DNA from: Candidatus Bilamarchaeum dharawalense
GTDB taxonomy: Archaea; Micrarchaeota; Micrarchaeia; Anstonellales; Bilamarchaeaceae
Assembly (NCBI GenBank): GCA_902386555.1
Contig: CABMJJ010000003.1
Coordinates: forward strand, 32,939 to 96,938
DNA: 64,000 nt
Reading direction: 5' to 3'
The notes beneath the pieces are model-generated. The model did not search any database. It was not told the DNA's origin and worked only from the letters and a program-made list of their open reading frames with translations. This document shows positions 23,864-32,875 of this stretch, piece by piece; position 1 is the first letter of the stretch; every line of letters begins with the position of its first letter. The position numbers and the translations under genes were made by a program.

Positions 23864-24427
23864 CTAATAAACCTTCCAACCAGCAAACGGATCAGTGAGA
23901 TTTAGTCGCCAGTTGTTTCCATTTAACGAAGTGATAGTAAGAATATTATCGGAAATATCGGCCGTTCTAATCCCGCCATCTTCGAGAATTGGCTTGAGTT
24001 TCACTTGATAGGAATTGGCAGCAACAAAACGTCCTCCGATAACTCCAATGGAGGGGTTGCCTTCCAATATTTTTAAAGCGCCCAAGGCGACCACAATAAA
24101 ATTATTGTCAAAAATTACAGTAAAATCATCAGAGCAGGATATGCTTTGTGGTTTGAAAACAGTGGCATCAAGCTTGGTTTCACCATTTAGATTGCCCTTT
24201 GTTTGAGCATAGGTTACATATCCACCAGAATAGGTGCAAATGCCATCTTTCCAAAAACTCATAACATGATCTTCGTGAAGAGGTGCACCAACCTGAGCAG
24301 AAACTCGTGGTGGTACTCTAGCATCAGACTTTAGACCATTGGCAAGAACGCCACAACCATGGAGTGCAAGAACAACTGAGGCTGCGAGTACAAATTTGTT
24401 AGGTTGGGAAAATTGCAATCCACGCAT
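23864..24427 (-). CDS. Hypothetical secreted protein, 187 aa (signal peptide, possible lipobox)
   Basis: N-terminal FVLAASVVLALHGC resembles a signal peptide with a lipobox-like Cys. The rest looks beta-rich. Confidence 0.6.
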   Translation of the reverse strand: MRGLQFSQPNKFVLAASVVLALHGCGVLANGLKSDARVPPRVSAQVGAPLHEDHVMSFWKDGICTYSGGYVTYAQTKGNLNGETKLDATVFKPQSISCSDDFTVIFDNNFIVVALGALKILEGNPSIGVIGGRFVAANSYQVKLKPILEDGGIRTADISDNILTITSLNGNNWRLNLTDPFAGWKVY

Positions 24428-24443
24428 TAAACCACATTAGTAG

Positions 24444-24462
24444 TTAAACTGAAACAGTTTAA
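24444..24462. promoter_or_regulatory. Perfect inverted repeat TTAAACTG-AAA-CAGTTTAA in a divergent promoter region
   Basis: 8-bp arms with a 3-nt spacer, located between the divergent orphan genes 23864-24427 (-) and 24531-25349 (+). Candidate operator site. Confidence 0.3.
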
Positions 24463-24530
24463 AATAGTTCCGAATGATGGATTTACATTATTAAACATAT
24501 TTATAAACATAATGTACTACATATACTCAC

Positions 24531-25349
24531 ATGAGAAGGCTAGGCGCTGCAGTTTTATTGGTTTCATTGACAGTAGCAACGCCTAATTGTGCTTACGCAA
24601 ACAGAACTGCTTTTCAGGATCCGCACTCATCAAAAACTCCTTTGGTTTCTATTTACAAGGATGATGACCAAGTAAGTGCAAACTATAATAGACAGGTAGC
24701 TAAACCAGCACCTCCGGTTGTGAGATCATCACAGAGAATTGAAAATAGATGTAGATATGACGATCAGAACGGAGCAATAATTACACCAAATGGACAGAGA
24801 GTGGAGTTGGATGCATTTGGAATTGGAGGAAAGGTCATAGACCATGCCTCAGGAAAAGACGGGGTTACTCTACTAACCCAGGACAACATTTTGTTATTGG
24901 TCTATTGTGAGGATACGATGGACGCTGGAGCAGTTGGATCAGTCTCGATGAGGGTAACATTTAGAGAAAGAGGAGTAAAAACAGGTAAAGTAATAAACGA
25001 ACATGAAATTATTGCGATTTTTACTAATGGAGATGTGGCAAAGGTAACTCTTGATCCAGAAACCAGAACGGCTGTATCAGACAATATCCATATATTTCAA
25101 TCAGATATTAAAAAAGAGCAGAACCCACGAGTGGAAGTTTACGATAGTACGCACTTCTTGCTTGTGCTACCATCTAGCAAAAAAGCAGTTGTGTTGAGAA
25201 TGACAGATGAGAGCACAACACAAACCACACTTTCCTTAGCTGGATCTTTTGGGGGTAAAAGCAGCATAAATAAGATAGATGGAGCATTTCAGATACGATT
25301 TGACGATGGTTCAATTCAAACAATAAGAGTAGCGATGGAGGGGAAGTAG
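24531..25349 (+). CDS. Hypothetical secreted protein, 272 aa
   Basis: N-terminal MRRLGAAVLLVSLTVATPNCAYA is signal-peptide-like. No motif recognised. Confidence 0.6.
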   Translation: MRRLGAAVLLVSLTVATPNCAYANRTAFQDPHSSKTPLVSIYKDDDQVSANYNRQVAKPAPPVVRSSQRIENRCRYDDQNGAIITPNGQRVELDAFGIGGKVIDHASGKDGVTLLTQDNILLLVYCEDTMDAGAVGSVSMRVTFRERGVKTGKVINEHEIIAIFTNGDVAKVTLDPETRTAVSDNIHIFQSDIKKEQNPRVEVYDSTHFLLVLPSSKKAVVLRMTDESTTQTTLSLAGSFGGKSSINKIDGAFQIRFDDGSIQTIRVAMEGK

Positions 25350-25394
25350 ATTTTTATATAGTAGGTGATAAAAAATCAATATTGAGGTGTAGAT

Positions 25395-25850
25395 ATGGCC
25401 CAATCAGTACCGAAAGAGAGAAGAGGAGAGGAAGTTGGTGTACAGTACGCTGCTGTTTTGCCTGGTGGAAGGGTATTAACATTAACAATGACCCCAGAGG
25501 CTGAAAGAATGTTGATGGCCTCTATGTATCAAGCAAAGAGCGGACGCACATTGGAAAAAGACCCACAGCTTGGGAAAACAGCTGATGGGAGACCATTGAT
25601 CCAGGCTCAATTTGCAATGAGCATATTGCAGAACCTTGCAAGACACAATACTAGCGAGGGGGAGGTTCCTGTGAGACTCACTGGCAGGGATGAACCATTA
25701 ATGGTCACAGTTAGAGTAACAAATCCCAAAGGCCAGATGGTTAACCCAACGAATATTGCAGCAGTAAGAGATGAGATGCAAACGGATATTGGTAAGCAAG
25801 AAGACAAAAGGTCTTACGGATACCAAGCAAAACGCGTTGAAAAATCCTAG
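25395..25850 (+). CDS. Hypothetical protein, 151 aa
   Basis: ORF preceded by GAGGTG. No motif recognised. Confidence 0.55.
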   Translation: MAQSVPKERRGEEVGVQYAAVLPGGRVLTLTMTPEAERMLMASMYQAKSGRTLEKDPQLGKTADGRPLIQAQFAMSILQNLARHNTSEGEVPVRLTGRDEPLMVTVRVTNPKGQMVNPTNIAAVRDEMQTDIGKQEDKRSYGYQAKRVEKS

Positions 25851-25874
25851 ATTTATTTTTTCTGTTTGAAAAGT

Positions 25875-25905
25875 ATGCGGAACTTCTTCCGCATCTTATT
25901 TTTAA
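25875..25905 (+). terminator. Hairpin ATGCGGAA-CTTC-TTCCGCAT followed by a T-run
   Basis: Perfect 8-bp stem at 25875-25894, then CTTATTTTT. It lies downstream of 25395-25850. Confidence 0.45.
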
Positions 25906-25941
25906 TTATATCCACCCTAGTTTACCTAAAAGGGGAGTACG

Positions 25942-27549
25942 ATGGATTCTTTTACTTCAGAAGAGAAAGCACTATTAGAAAATTTCGTTTCGAATACTTC
26001 TAGCAGCGTATTTGTACTGAAAAATCTTCCTGAAGTTGTAAAAGGTGCTTTATTTTCACGATATAGCCGAAGCGCCAAATCACTGCGCCGAGTACTGCTT
26101 GATGAATTTATGCTCGCACCGGAAATTGGCCTTGGGGAAGGTCTGGAAGTTTTACAAAAAAAACAACAAGACCCAGTGCAAACAAGGAAGGCAGAGGAAT
26201 TTTACGAAAGAGTGTTGGTTGGCTATGGCGATGACTCTGTGGCTGAACTAGCAGGAGCGCATATTGCAATGGAAGATATCTCCATTCTTGCAACAAAGAT
26301 AGTTGAGGATGCGAGAATAGGTTTGTCACCGCTTGAGAAATCAACACGGTACGTTTATTTTGATACAAAAAAAGACGGAAGATGGATGTATCTTCAAGAG
26401 AAAACTTTGATGGGTTCGGAATTTGCAGAACTCTATCAAGAAAGCTGCGACTTTTGTTTTGAAACCTATGCTGACCTTATCCCGAAGGTATCCGAATGGG
26501 TGATGAAAAAATCACCAAAAGACAAGGACACTACGGATCGTGCTTACAAATCAACAATACGAGCAAAGACCTGCGATTTACTTAGAGGGCTATTACCTGC
26601 ATCAACATTGACAAACATGGGTTTCTTTGGTGATGGTAGGGCCTATGAATATCTCTTAACGAAGATGTTTGGTGATGATCTGGCAGAGGTAAAGGACCTG
26701 GCTACTATGATGCAAACAGAACTTGCAGAGATCATACCATCATTTGTAAAAAGATCAAATGGCGAATTTGGTATTCTAATGCAGAATTACCTTAAAAAAG
26801 TAGCAGAGGATACTGATGCTTTGGCTAGCAGATATGCCGGTGCAAGTGGCGGTGAGGGAGTTACCCTAGTTGAATATGATAAAGATGCTGAAAGAAAGAT
26901 TGTTGTTTCGATTCTCTACCCACATTTACAAAAACCAATGGATGAAATTGGAAAAATCGTAGAAAAAATGACAAAAGAAGAAAAAGAAAAAATAATCAAA
27001 CTATATATTGGTGAAAGACAAAATCGCAGGCACAAACCAGGAAGAGCATTCGAACATGTTTTCTATACCTTTGATGTTTGTGGAAATTATGGCGCCTATC
27101 GGGATCTTCATCGTCATAGAATTCTAACCCAACAACGCCAGCCCCTAACCCCATTTCTTGGTTATAAAATACCGCATGAAATTGTTGAGGCAGGTTTTGA
27201 AAAAGAATTCAAAGCAGTTATGGATAGATCAAAGGAAGCCTATGGGAAGATTGTAAAAAAATATCCGAAAGAAGCACAGTACGTTGTTCCGCTTGCCTAC
27301 AATATAAGATGGTATATGAGATTCAATGTAAGAGAGGCATATCATTTGCTTGAATTGAGAAGTTCAATGCAGGGGCATAGAGATTATCGTGAAATAGCCC
27401 AACAAATGTTCAAAGAAATTGAAAGGGTCCATCCGCTTTTGGCATCTGGGATGAAATTCATGGATATGAAGGAATATGAATTTGAACGTCTGGAAGCAGA
27501 AAAAAGAATAGATATTAGATTAGAGGAGATTGCGAAAAAATATGGCTAG
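25942..27549 (+). CDS. thyX: Long-form ThyX-like (Thy1 family) flavin-dependent thymidylate synthase homologue
   Basis: GALFSRYSRS occurs near the N-terminus. The signature-like YRDLHRHRILTQQRQ has Thr where the RHRxxS motif has Ser. 535 aa, about twice a canonical ThyX. Confidence 0.6.
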   Translation: MDSFTSEEKALLENFVSNTSSSVFVLKNLPEVVKGALFSRYSRSAKSLRRVLLDEFMLAPEIGLGEGLEVLQKKQQDPVQTRKAEEFYERVLVGYGDDSVAELAGAHIAMEDISILATKIVEDARIGLSPLEKSTRYVYFDTKKDGRWMYLQEKTLMGSEFAELYQESCDFCFETYADLIPKVSEWVMKKSPKDKDTTDRAYKSTIRAKTCDLLRGLLPASTLTNMGFFGDGRAYEYLLTKMFGDDLAEVKDLATMMQTELAEIIPSFVKRSNGEFGILMQNYLKKVAEDTDALASRYAGASGGEGVTLVEYDKDAERKIVVSILYPHLQKPMDEIGKIVEKMTKEEKEKIIKLYIGERQNRRHKPGRAFEHVFYTFDVCGNYGAYRDLHRHRILTQQRQPLTPFLGYKIPHEIVEAGFEKEFKAVMDRSKEAYGKIVKKYPKEAQYVVPLAYNIRWYMRFNVREAYHLLELRSSMQGHRDYREIAQQMFKEIERVHPLLASGMKFMDMKEYEFERLEAEKRIDIRLEEIAKKYG

Positions 27550-28441
27550 CATCTACATAACTGGCGCAAGCGGTAGATTGGGAAGTGCGGTTTTCCCAAA
27601 GGTACATGCCATACCGCTTGTCCTTTACCCAAGTGGCTTGAAAAACGAGATTGTAACGGATTTTTCAGAAGGGGAACTGAAGAAAATTCTAAATGATGCA
27701 AAAATTATTATACACATTGCCGGATCCGTGGATACCTTCGACAGGAAAAAACTCCAGAATGGAAATGTCGAACTTACTAGAAAAATAGTTCAGGCCGCAC
27801 CAAAAAATAGCAGAATAATATTTGCCAGTTCAATCTCAGTTTATGGAAAACAACTAAATGAAAATCCTGCCAATGAAAATACAGTTGCAATGCCAGATTC
27901 GGATTATTCAAAAACAAAACTTGAAGCAGAAAAACTAGTTGCACAACATCCGGATCATGTTATTCTTAGAATAGGAACCGTCTATGGCCCGCAATTTTCG
28001 GATTATCAGAAAATTTTATCTAAGATAAAAAAAGGCAAAATGAAGATAGTGGGTAATGGTGAAAACCATGTTCCGTTTGTTCATGCGGATGATGTTGCCG
28101 AGGTTTTCAAAAAAGCCGTAGAAAAAGGCAGTGGAACCTATGTTGTTACCGGTGAAGCACTCACCCAAAATGAGATTTACAAAATTGCAGCAAACGCACT
28201 GCAAGTAGAACCACCAGGGAAACATGTTTCCATTGCACTAACCATGTTCATGGCTGGCCTGGGTGAGTTCTGGTACAAACTAACAGGTAAGAGACCATCT
28301 CTGAGCAAAGAGCATATTAGTGTATTGGCCTATGACCGAGTTTTCGACTGTTCAAAAGCAAAAAAAGAGCTTGGATTCAAACCAAGAACATTAAAAAAAG
28401 GCATAGAAGAAATCGTCAGCACTCTGGGTAGCCAATTATAA
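27542..28441 (+). CDS. NAD-dependent epimerase/dehydratase (extended SDR)
   Basis: IYITGASGRLGSAV Rossmann motif and YSKTKLEAE (YxxxK). ATG 27542 overlaps the ThyX stop by 8 nt. Confidence 0.8.
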   Translation: MASIYITGASGRLGSAVFPKVHAIPLVLYPSGLKNEIVTDFSEGELKKILNDAKIIIHIAGSVDTFDRKKLQNGNVELTRKIVQAAPKNSRIIFASSISVYGKQLNENPANENTVAMPDSDYSKTKLEAEKLVAQHPDHVILRIGTVYGPQFSDYQKILSKIKKGKMKIVGNGENHVPFVHADDVAEVFKKAVEKGSGTYVVTGEALTQNEIYKIAANALQVEPPGKHVSIALTMFMAGLGEFWYKLTGKRPSLSKEHISVLAYDRVFDCSKAKKELGFKPRTLKKGIEEIVSTLGSQL

Positions 28442-28454
28442 AACTTATCTTGGA

Positions 28455-29201
28455 ATGATTGTCATGAAAAGAGCAATATTGGCTTTGCTTATTTTATCAA
28501 TGGTAGTGTTTTCTTCATTCGATCAAACCTATACACAGAAAATGAGCAGAAATGGAGAATCGACAATTGAAAAAACGGCAGATATGTCTATTTTTGCAGG
28601 ACAGCTTAGCGAAAACGCTTTCAAAAAAATGGATGAATATTGTAGAGGTACTTTAGACGTAGAATGCAAAGTTGATGTTGAAAAAAAGGTAGTAACCATA
28701 ACAGAAAAGTTTTCGCCTAATTTCTACTATCGTCTTACTGGTGATTATGGCATTCCCTATACCACCTATACTCTGACAATAGATAGGGTACCAACAGATA
28801 AATTCAGTGAAACACTGGAAAAAATATTGGTGGCCATTGGAGAGGGTACAACCACCAGTCAACCCATACCACCCCTGGACCTTTTGGATAAAACCAACAA
28901 CCAGGCAAATGTGGAGACTCTTAGGATACTGGGTGTAAGTCTTGATTATGTGGTAGAGATGCCATCCCAAATAGATAGTGCAGCTGCAGGTAAAGTACCA
29001 GGTATTATTGAGGGAAATACAGTAAGATTTAACATGGTGGATGTTCTTGGTGAATCAGAACCCATGATTGTTACCAGTAGAGAGATGAATTATGGATACC
29101 TGGTTGCAATTCTGGGTGCCGTGGTGCTTATTGCTCTGGCTTATATGTTCATGGTCTCTTCAAGGCCACGAGCATCAAAAAAAGGTACTATTAAAAAATA
29201 A
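28455..29201 (+). CDS. Hypothetical exported protein with a C-terminal membrane anchor
   Basis: N-terminal signal-like AILALLILSMVVFSS. C-terminal hydrophobic helix LVAILGAVVLIALAYMFMV followed by a basic tail. Confidence 0.6.
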   Translation: MIVMKRAILALLILSMVVFSSFDQTYTQKMSRNGESTIEKTADMSIFAGQLSENAFKKMDEYCRGTLDVECKVDVEKKVVTITEKFSPNFYYRLTGDYGIPYTTYTLTIDRVPTDKFSETLEKILVAIGEGTTTSQPIPPLDLLDKTNNQANVETLRILGVSLDYVVEMPSQIDSAAAGKVPGIIEGNTVRFNMVDVLGESEPMIVTSREMNYGYLVAILGAVVLIALAYMFMVSSRPRASKKGTIKK

Positions 29202-29270
29202 AAATACCTGAATTAGTTTTCGTTAATACTAAATTTTTAGATAGAATTACTTGAGGTTATAGCAAGATGA

Positions 29271-29334
29271 GGTGAAAAAATGCAGATGCATTTTTTCTTT
29301 ATAAAAATCGGAATTTTTATGAGGTGAAAAAATG
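29271..29334 (+). repeat. Hairpin/TATA/leader cassette, copy A (in front of the HMG-CoA synthase gene)
   Basis: GGTGAAAAAATG (29271-29282), CATTTTTTCTTTATAA (29289-29304) and GGAATTTTTATGAGGTGAAAAAATG (29310-29334) recur verbatim at 46497-46609. GAAAAAATGCA/TGCATTTTTTC form a hairpin at 29274-29297. Confidence 0.6.
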
Positions 29335-30372
29335 TCAGGGATTGTTGGTTACGGTGCTTATGTTCCCATTTACAGAATAAAAAGCGCAGATATCGCAAAA
29401 GTCTGGGGCGAGGACAGTGACAGAATAGAGAAAGGCCTTGGAATAATAGAGAAGGCAGCAGGCGGAGTGGATGAGGATACTGCCACAATTGCCGTAGAAG
29501 CTGCAAGAAACGCGCTATTACGGGCAGGCATAGTAGCCACAAAACTAGGTGCACTTTACGTTGGGAGCGAATCCCACCCATATGCAGTCAAACCAACTGG
29601 AACAGTGGTTGCTGAGGCAATAGGCGCAACACCAAACCTTACCTGTGCTGATCTTGAATTTGCATGCAAAGCCGGAACCGCAGGCATACAAATGGCAATG
29701 GGAATGGTAGATTCCGGAATGATTCAATATGGTATGGCAATAGGTGCAGACACGGCCCAGGGTCGTCCAGGAGATGCATTGGAATATTCTGCAGCATCGG
29801 GTGGAGCGGCATTTATCATTGGTCCTAATAAGGAATCTGCAGTGCTAATCGAATCGACTTTTTCCTACACAACAGACACTCCAGATTTCTGGAGAAGACA
29901 ACATGCAGATTACCCTTCCCACGGTGGTAGATTCACAGGAAAACCAGCATATTTCAAACATGTAAGTGCAGCTACAAAAGGTCTTTTGGAAAAAACAGGA
30001 ACAACAATAGCAGACTATGATTATGTTGTTTTCCACCAGCCAAATGGAAGGTTTCCACTGGAAGCTGGAAAACAGTTTGGTGTTCCAATAGAAAAGATGA
30101 AAACAGGATTACTTACACCATTGATCGGAAATACTTATTCTGGTGCTTCCATGCTTGGACTTTCCGCAGTATTGGATGAAGCAAAACCTGGAAAGAGAAT
30201 TTTAGTTACATCCTACGGATCTGGTGCTGGTAGTGACTCCTTTGCCATGACGGTGACTGATAAAATTGAAGATATAAGAAATAGGGCTCCAAAAACAAAG
30301 GATTACATTGACAAGAAAAAATACATTGACTATGCAACCTATATCAAATTTAGAAAAAAGATTAAGGATTAG
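29332..30372 (+). CDS. Hydroxymethylglutaryl-CoA synthase, archaeal type (mevalonate pathway)
   Basis: [36 protein letters not shown] and [11 protein letters not shown]. About 346 aa. Confidence 0.85.
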   Translation: MSGIVGYGAYVPIYRIKSADIAKVWGEDSDRIEKGLGIIEKAAGGVDEDTATIAVEAARNALLRAGIVATKLGALYVGSESHPYAVKPTGTVVAEAIGATPNLTCADLEFACKAGTAGIQMAMGMVDSGMIQYGMAIGADTAQGRPGDALEYSAASGGAAFIIGPNKESAVLIESTFSYTTDTPDFWRRQHADYPSHGGRFTGKPAYFKHVSAATKGLLEKTGTTIADYDYVVFHQPNGRFPLEAGKQFGVPIEKMKTGLLTPLIGNTYSGASMLGLSAVLDEAKPGKRILVTSYGSGAGSDSFAMTVTDKIEDIRNRAPKTKDYIDKKKYIDYATYIKFRKKIKD

Positions 30373-30914
30373 ATGGTCTTGAACAGATCGGCCTTTGTAA
30401 TTATTCCTTTTATTATTCCATTTTTTTCTACCAACACTGCAGAATAGTGTTTTAACAGTTCGATAACAACATCAGATGAAGAACTAGATGGCACGGATGG
30501 AAAACAATCGCCCATAACGTCAGAAACGTGAGCCTCCTGGAGATTGATCTTACTGTCTGATAAAATAGAAACAATAATACTATCAATCATGCTCCCCACA
30601 CATTTACCGTGATCTAGAACAGGTAATTGGGAAATATTTCTAGAACGCATTAGAGTGATTACCCTGGTAAGTTTATCAGAGGGATGTACAAAAATGATGG
30701 GGGAGGACATAATTTGTTCTGTGGATTTCTTATCTCTTTTCTGCTCTATTTCAAGAGCAGATAGTATTTGGACTACTTTCGAGTAGGCGGGATCGATCTT
30801 GCCGGATTCGATCTTTGCTATCAATGATTGCGAAACCCCTGCCAACTTTGCAAGTTGCTTTTGTGTGAATCCGATCTGTTTTCTTAATTTACCTATACTT
30901 CTTACATCAAACAA
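30369..30914 (-). CDS. XRE-type HTH plus CBS-pair transcriptional regulator
   Basis: N-terminal [30 protein letters not shown] is followed by two CBS-like repeats. Confidence 0.8.
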   Translation of the reverse strand: MFDVRSIGKLRKQIGFTQKQLAKLAGVSQSLIAKIESGKIDPAYSKVVQILSALEIEQKRDKKSTEQIMSSPIIFVHPSDKLTRVITLMRSRNISQLPVLDHGKCVGSMIDSIIVSILSDSKINLQEAHVSDVMGDCFPSVPSSSSSDVVIELLKHYSAVLVEKNGIIKGIITKADLFKTI

Positions 30915-30993
30915 ACGATTACCTCTAAGAAAATTCCAAACGGAATATTTTATTCATAAATATATAAATATAGGAATATTTTTAATCAGATCT

Positions 30994-31923
30994 ATGATTC
31001 AAAATCAGGGATTGGGATTTTCAACACAACTTGCAATTGCCACTGCCAGAGCTAGGAATGTTTTTGGATCGAAGAGACCACAGTTATCACTGATCACCGA
31101 TTTTGGGGATGGGGATGAGGCAGTATTCGCAGTAAAATCAGCTGCCAGGTTTGTTAATCCGCGCATTGAAATAATAGACATCTGCCATAATGTGCCTGCA
31201 TTCAATGTCTTGATTGGTGCCCACAGACTTAAGCGCAATGTCGCATTGCCAACTGAACCCGAAGGGGCGGTTTACGTTGCAGTTGTAGATCCGGGAGTTG
31301 GTGGTTCACGCGATTGTATTATTGTGAAAACTCGAACTGGGAAATATTTGGTTGGACCTGATAACGGAGTTCTCTCTCTGGCGTTTGCAACTGAAGGAAT
31401 TCACAGGGTAGTATTGATAGAAAACAGAGACCTGACACTTTTGGATAAAGCGCAGTCGAAAACATTTCATGGGAGAGATGTTTTTGCTCCAGTAGCTGCA
31501 CATATTTTGAGGGGAGTTCCGTTGCGAGAATTTGGTTCTGATCTTGACCCAGGTACGATCGTGAAAATAGCGATAAGCACAGATAGCACGGCCACATCAC
31601 GAGCAGGTTGGATTGTAGATGGGGATGGTTTTGGAGTAATAAGAACCAATGTACCAAACCATGTCCCACGACAAGCCATCGGTAGGTTAGTAGCGTTTAC
31701 CTTGAACGGTGGACAAGTTGACATAACAGACCGAGCAAGATTGGTTGAAACATTTGATGATTCAAAACCTGGAGAAACAGTTCTGGTGTTATCATCCACA
31801 GGTTGTCTGGATTTGGCAGTAAACAGAGGCAATGCTTTGGAAAGATTTGGAATTAATTTTGATCAAATTACATTAGATGGATTGCAGCCAAGATTAAAAG
31901 TAAGCGTGCGGTTCGACAATTGA
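30994..31923 (+). CDS. SAM hydrolase / SAM hydroxide adenosyltransferase family (DUF62)
   Basis: LITDFGDGDEAVFAVKSA, VAVVDPGVGGSR and VGPDNGVLS. Start trimmed to ATG 30994; the longer track ORF overlaps the divergent regulator gene. Confidence 0.75.
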   Translation: MIQNQGLGFSTQLAIATARARNVFGSKRPQLSLITDFGDGDEAVFAVKSAARFVNPRIEIIDICHNVPAFNVLIGAHRLKRNVALPTEPEGAVYVAVVDPGVGGSRDCIIVKTRTGKYLVGPDNGVLSLAFATEGIHRVVLIENRDLTLLDKAQSKTFHGRDVFAPVAAHILRGVPLREFGSDLDPGTIVKIAISTDSTATSRAGWIVDGDGFGVIRTNVPNHVPRQAIGRLVAFTLNGGQVDITDRARLVETFDDSKPGETVLVLSSTGCLDLAVNRGNALERFGINFDQITLDGLQPRLKVSVRFDN

Positions 31924-32673
31924 AACAGGTAAATCAAAAAAGGCTTCGAGGGTTAGAATATATGCCTTCAAAACCACACTACCAACTCTGCTTAGTACTC
32001 CTGGATCAATTGACGTTCTATCAGAGTGACTGCCAAAGAATAGAATAAGATCAGCCGGATCGATTGAAAGCCCAACATTAGGATTAAATGTAAAATCAGG
32101 CATCCATTCGACGGTCCCACCTAGATCAAGTCTACCAATTCTCTCACCAAGAAAATGAATAAGGACTGCCGGCTGTTCGATATCAAGTCCATGAGTAAAC
32201 ATCCATTTTGGAAGTACTGGAAAATGGGGAATTACGTCAAGATCAAGAGTAATTGCAACTTCATTAGGTCCGAATCTGGCACCAATACCCATGGCACGAC
32301 ATAGAAAGGTGTAGTGGGGTAGGTCACTGGAAAGATCTCCCATGGATGGCACCACGATCTCCATACCACTGTTTCTAGATGCAGTCATGTGATTAAAATA
32401 CGAGATAAATCTCACATCTTCACAATCAGTATGGTGATCAAGGTTAATTTTCAGTTTAGCCCTATCACGAGTGAAGAAATGGGATTCATGATGGCTTTCC
32501 CCATCACCCCAAAGAAATGCAGCTCTACCCTCAATCCTTGAAAGCTGACCAACCCGTTCGATTTGATCTTCAGCAAGTGGAAGGAAAATCACATTCCTAA
32601 ATTTAGGCATGTCCTTCATTTTTGAAACTAGGACTCTGTTAGTTTGAGTAGGGGAATAGTAAACCTGCATCAT
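31894..32673 (-). CDS. Divergent ureohydrolase (arginase/agmatinase) fold-like protein
   Basis: WGDGESHH (cf. GGDHS), INLDHHTD (cf. DAHxD), TLDLDVIPHFP (cf. SxDxDxxDP) and DLGGTVEWMP. The motifs are degenerate. The 3' end overlaps the convergent gene by 30 nt. Confidence 0.45.
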   Translation of the reverse strand: MMQVYYSPTQTNRVLVSKMKDMPKFRNVIFLPLAEDQIERVGQLSRIEGRAAFLWGDGESHHESHFFTRDRAKLKINLDHHTDCEDVRFISYFNHMTASRNSGMEIVVPSMGDLSSDLPHYTFLCRAMGIGARFGPNEVAITLDLDVIPHFPVLPKWMFTHGLDIEQPAVLIHFLGERIGRLDLGGTVEWMPDFTFNPNVGLSIDPADLILFFGSHSDRTSIDPGVLSRVGSVVLKAYILTLEAFFDLPVSIVEPHAYF

Positions 32674-32851
32674 ATTAATTGTTTTAAATAGTGTTTATAA
32701 ATGTTGATAATTCTGGATTTCCCTGTTTTGTTTGATGATGCGAGCAGTAGCTTGCATGGGGATTCGAAGGGAGATTACAAAGAACCACAGGTTCTTTGAA
32801 TTAAACAAAAACAAGTTCATGTGCACTCGGCAATAGCAATCCACTTTTTTG

Positions 32852-32874
32852 CTTCTTTTTTAGTAAAAAAGAAG
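32852..32874 (-). terminator. 10-bp hairpin with T-run immediately 3' of tRNA-Arg(CCU)
   Basis: On the minus strand: CTTCTTTTTT-ACT-AAAAAAGAAG directly after the discriminator base. Confidence 0.4.
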
Positions 32875-32875
32875 A

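Noticed and set aside
29332-30372. HMG-CoA synthase standing alone, without the acetoacetyl-CoA thiolase and DUF35 partner genes that often accompany it in archaea.
   Set aside because: Absence within a 64-kb window says nothing about the rest of the genome, so it is not reportable as an anomaly.
31894-31923. Convergent 3'-end overlaps (31894-31923, 34510-34515, 36969-36976, 43828-43831) as possible antisense regulation.
   Set aside because: Short terminal overlaps are common in compact genomes, and nothing else marks these sites.
32733-32740. C-box-like TGATGATG in the spacer upstream of the ureohydrolase-like gene, as a possible C/D sRNA.
   Set aside because: No CUGA D box and no terminal complementary stem occur within the expected 50-70 nt.
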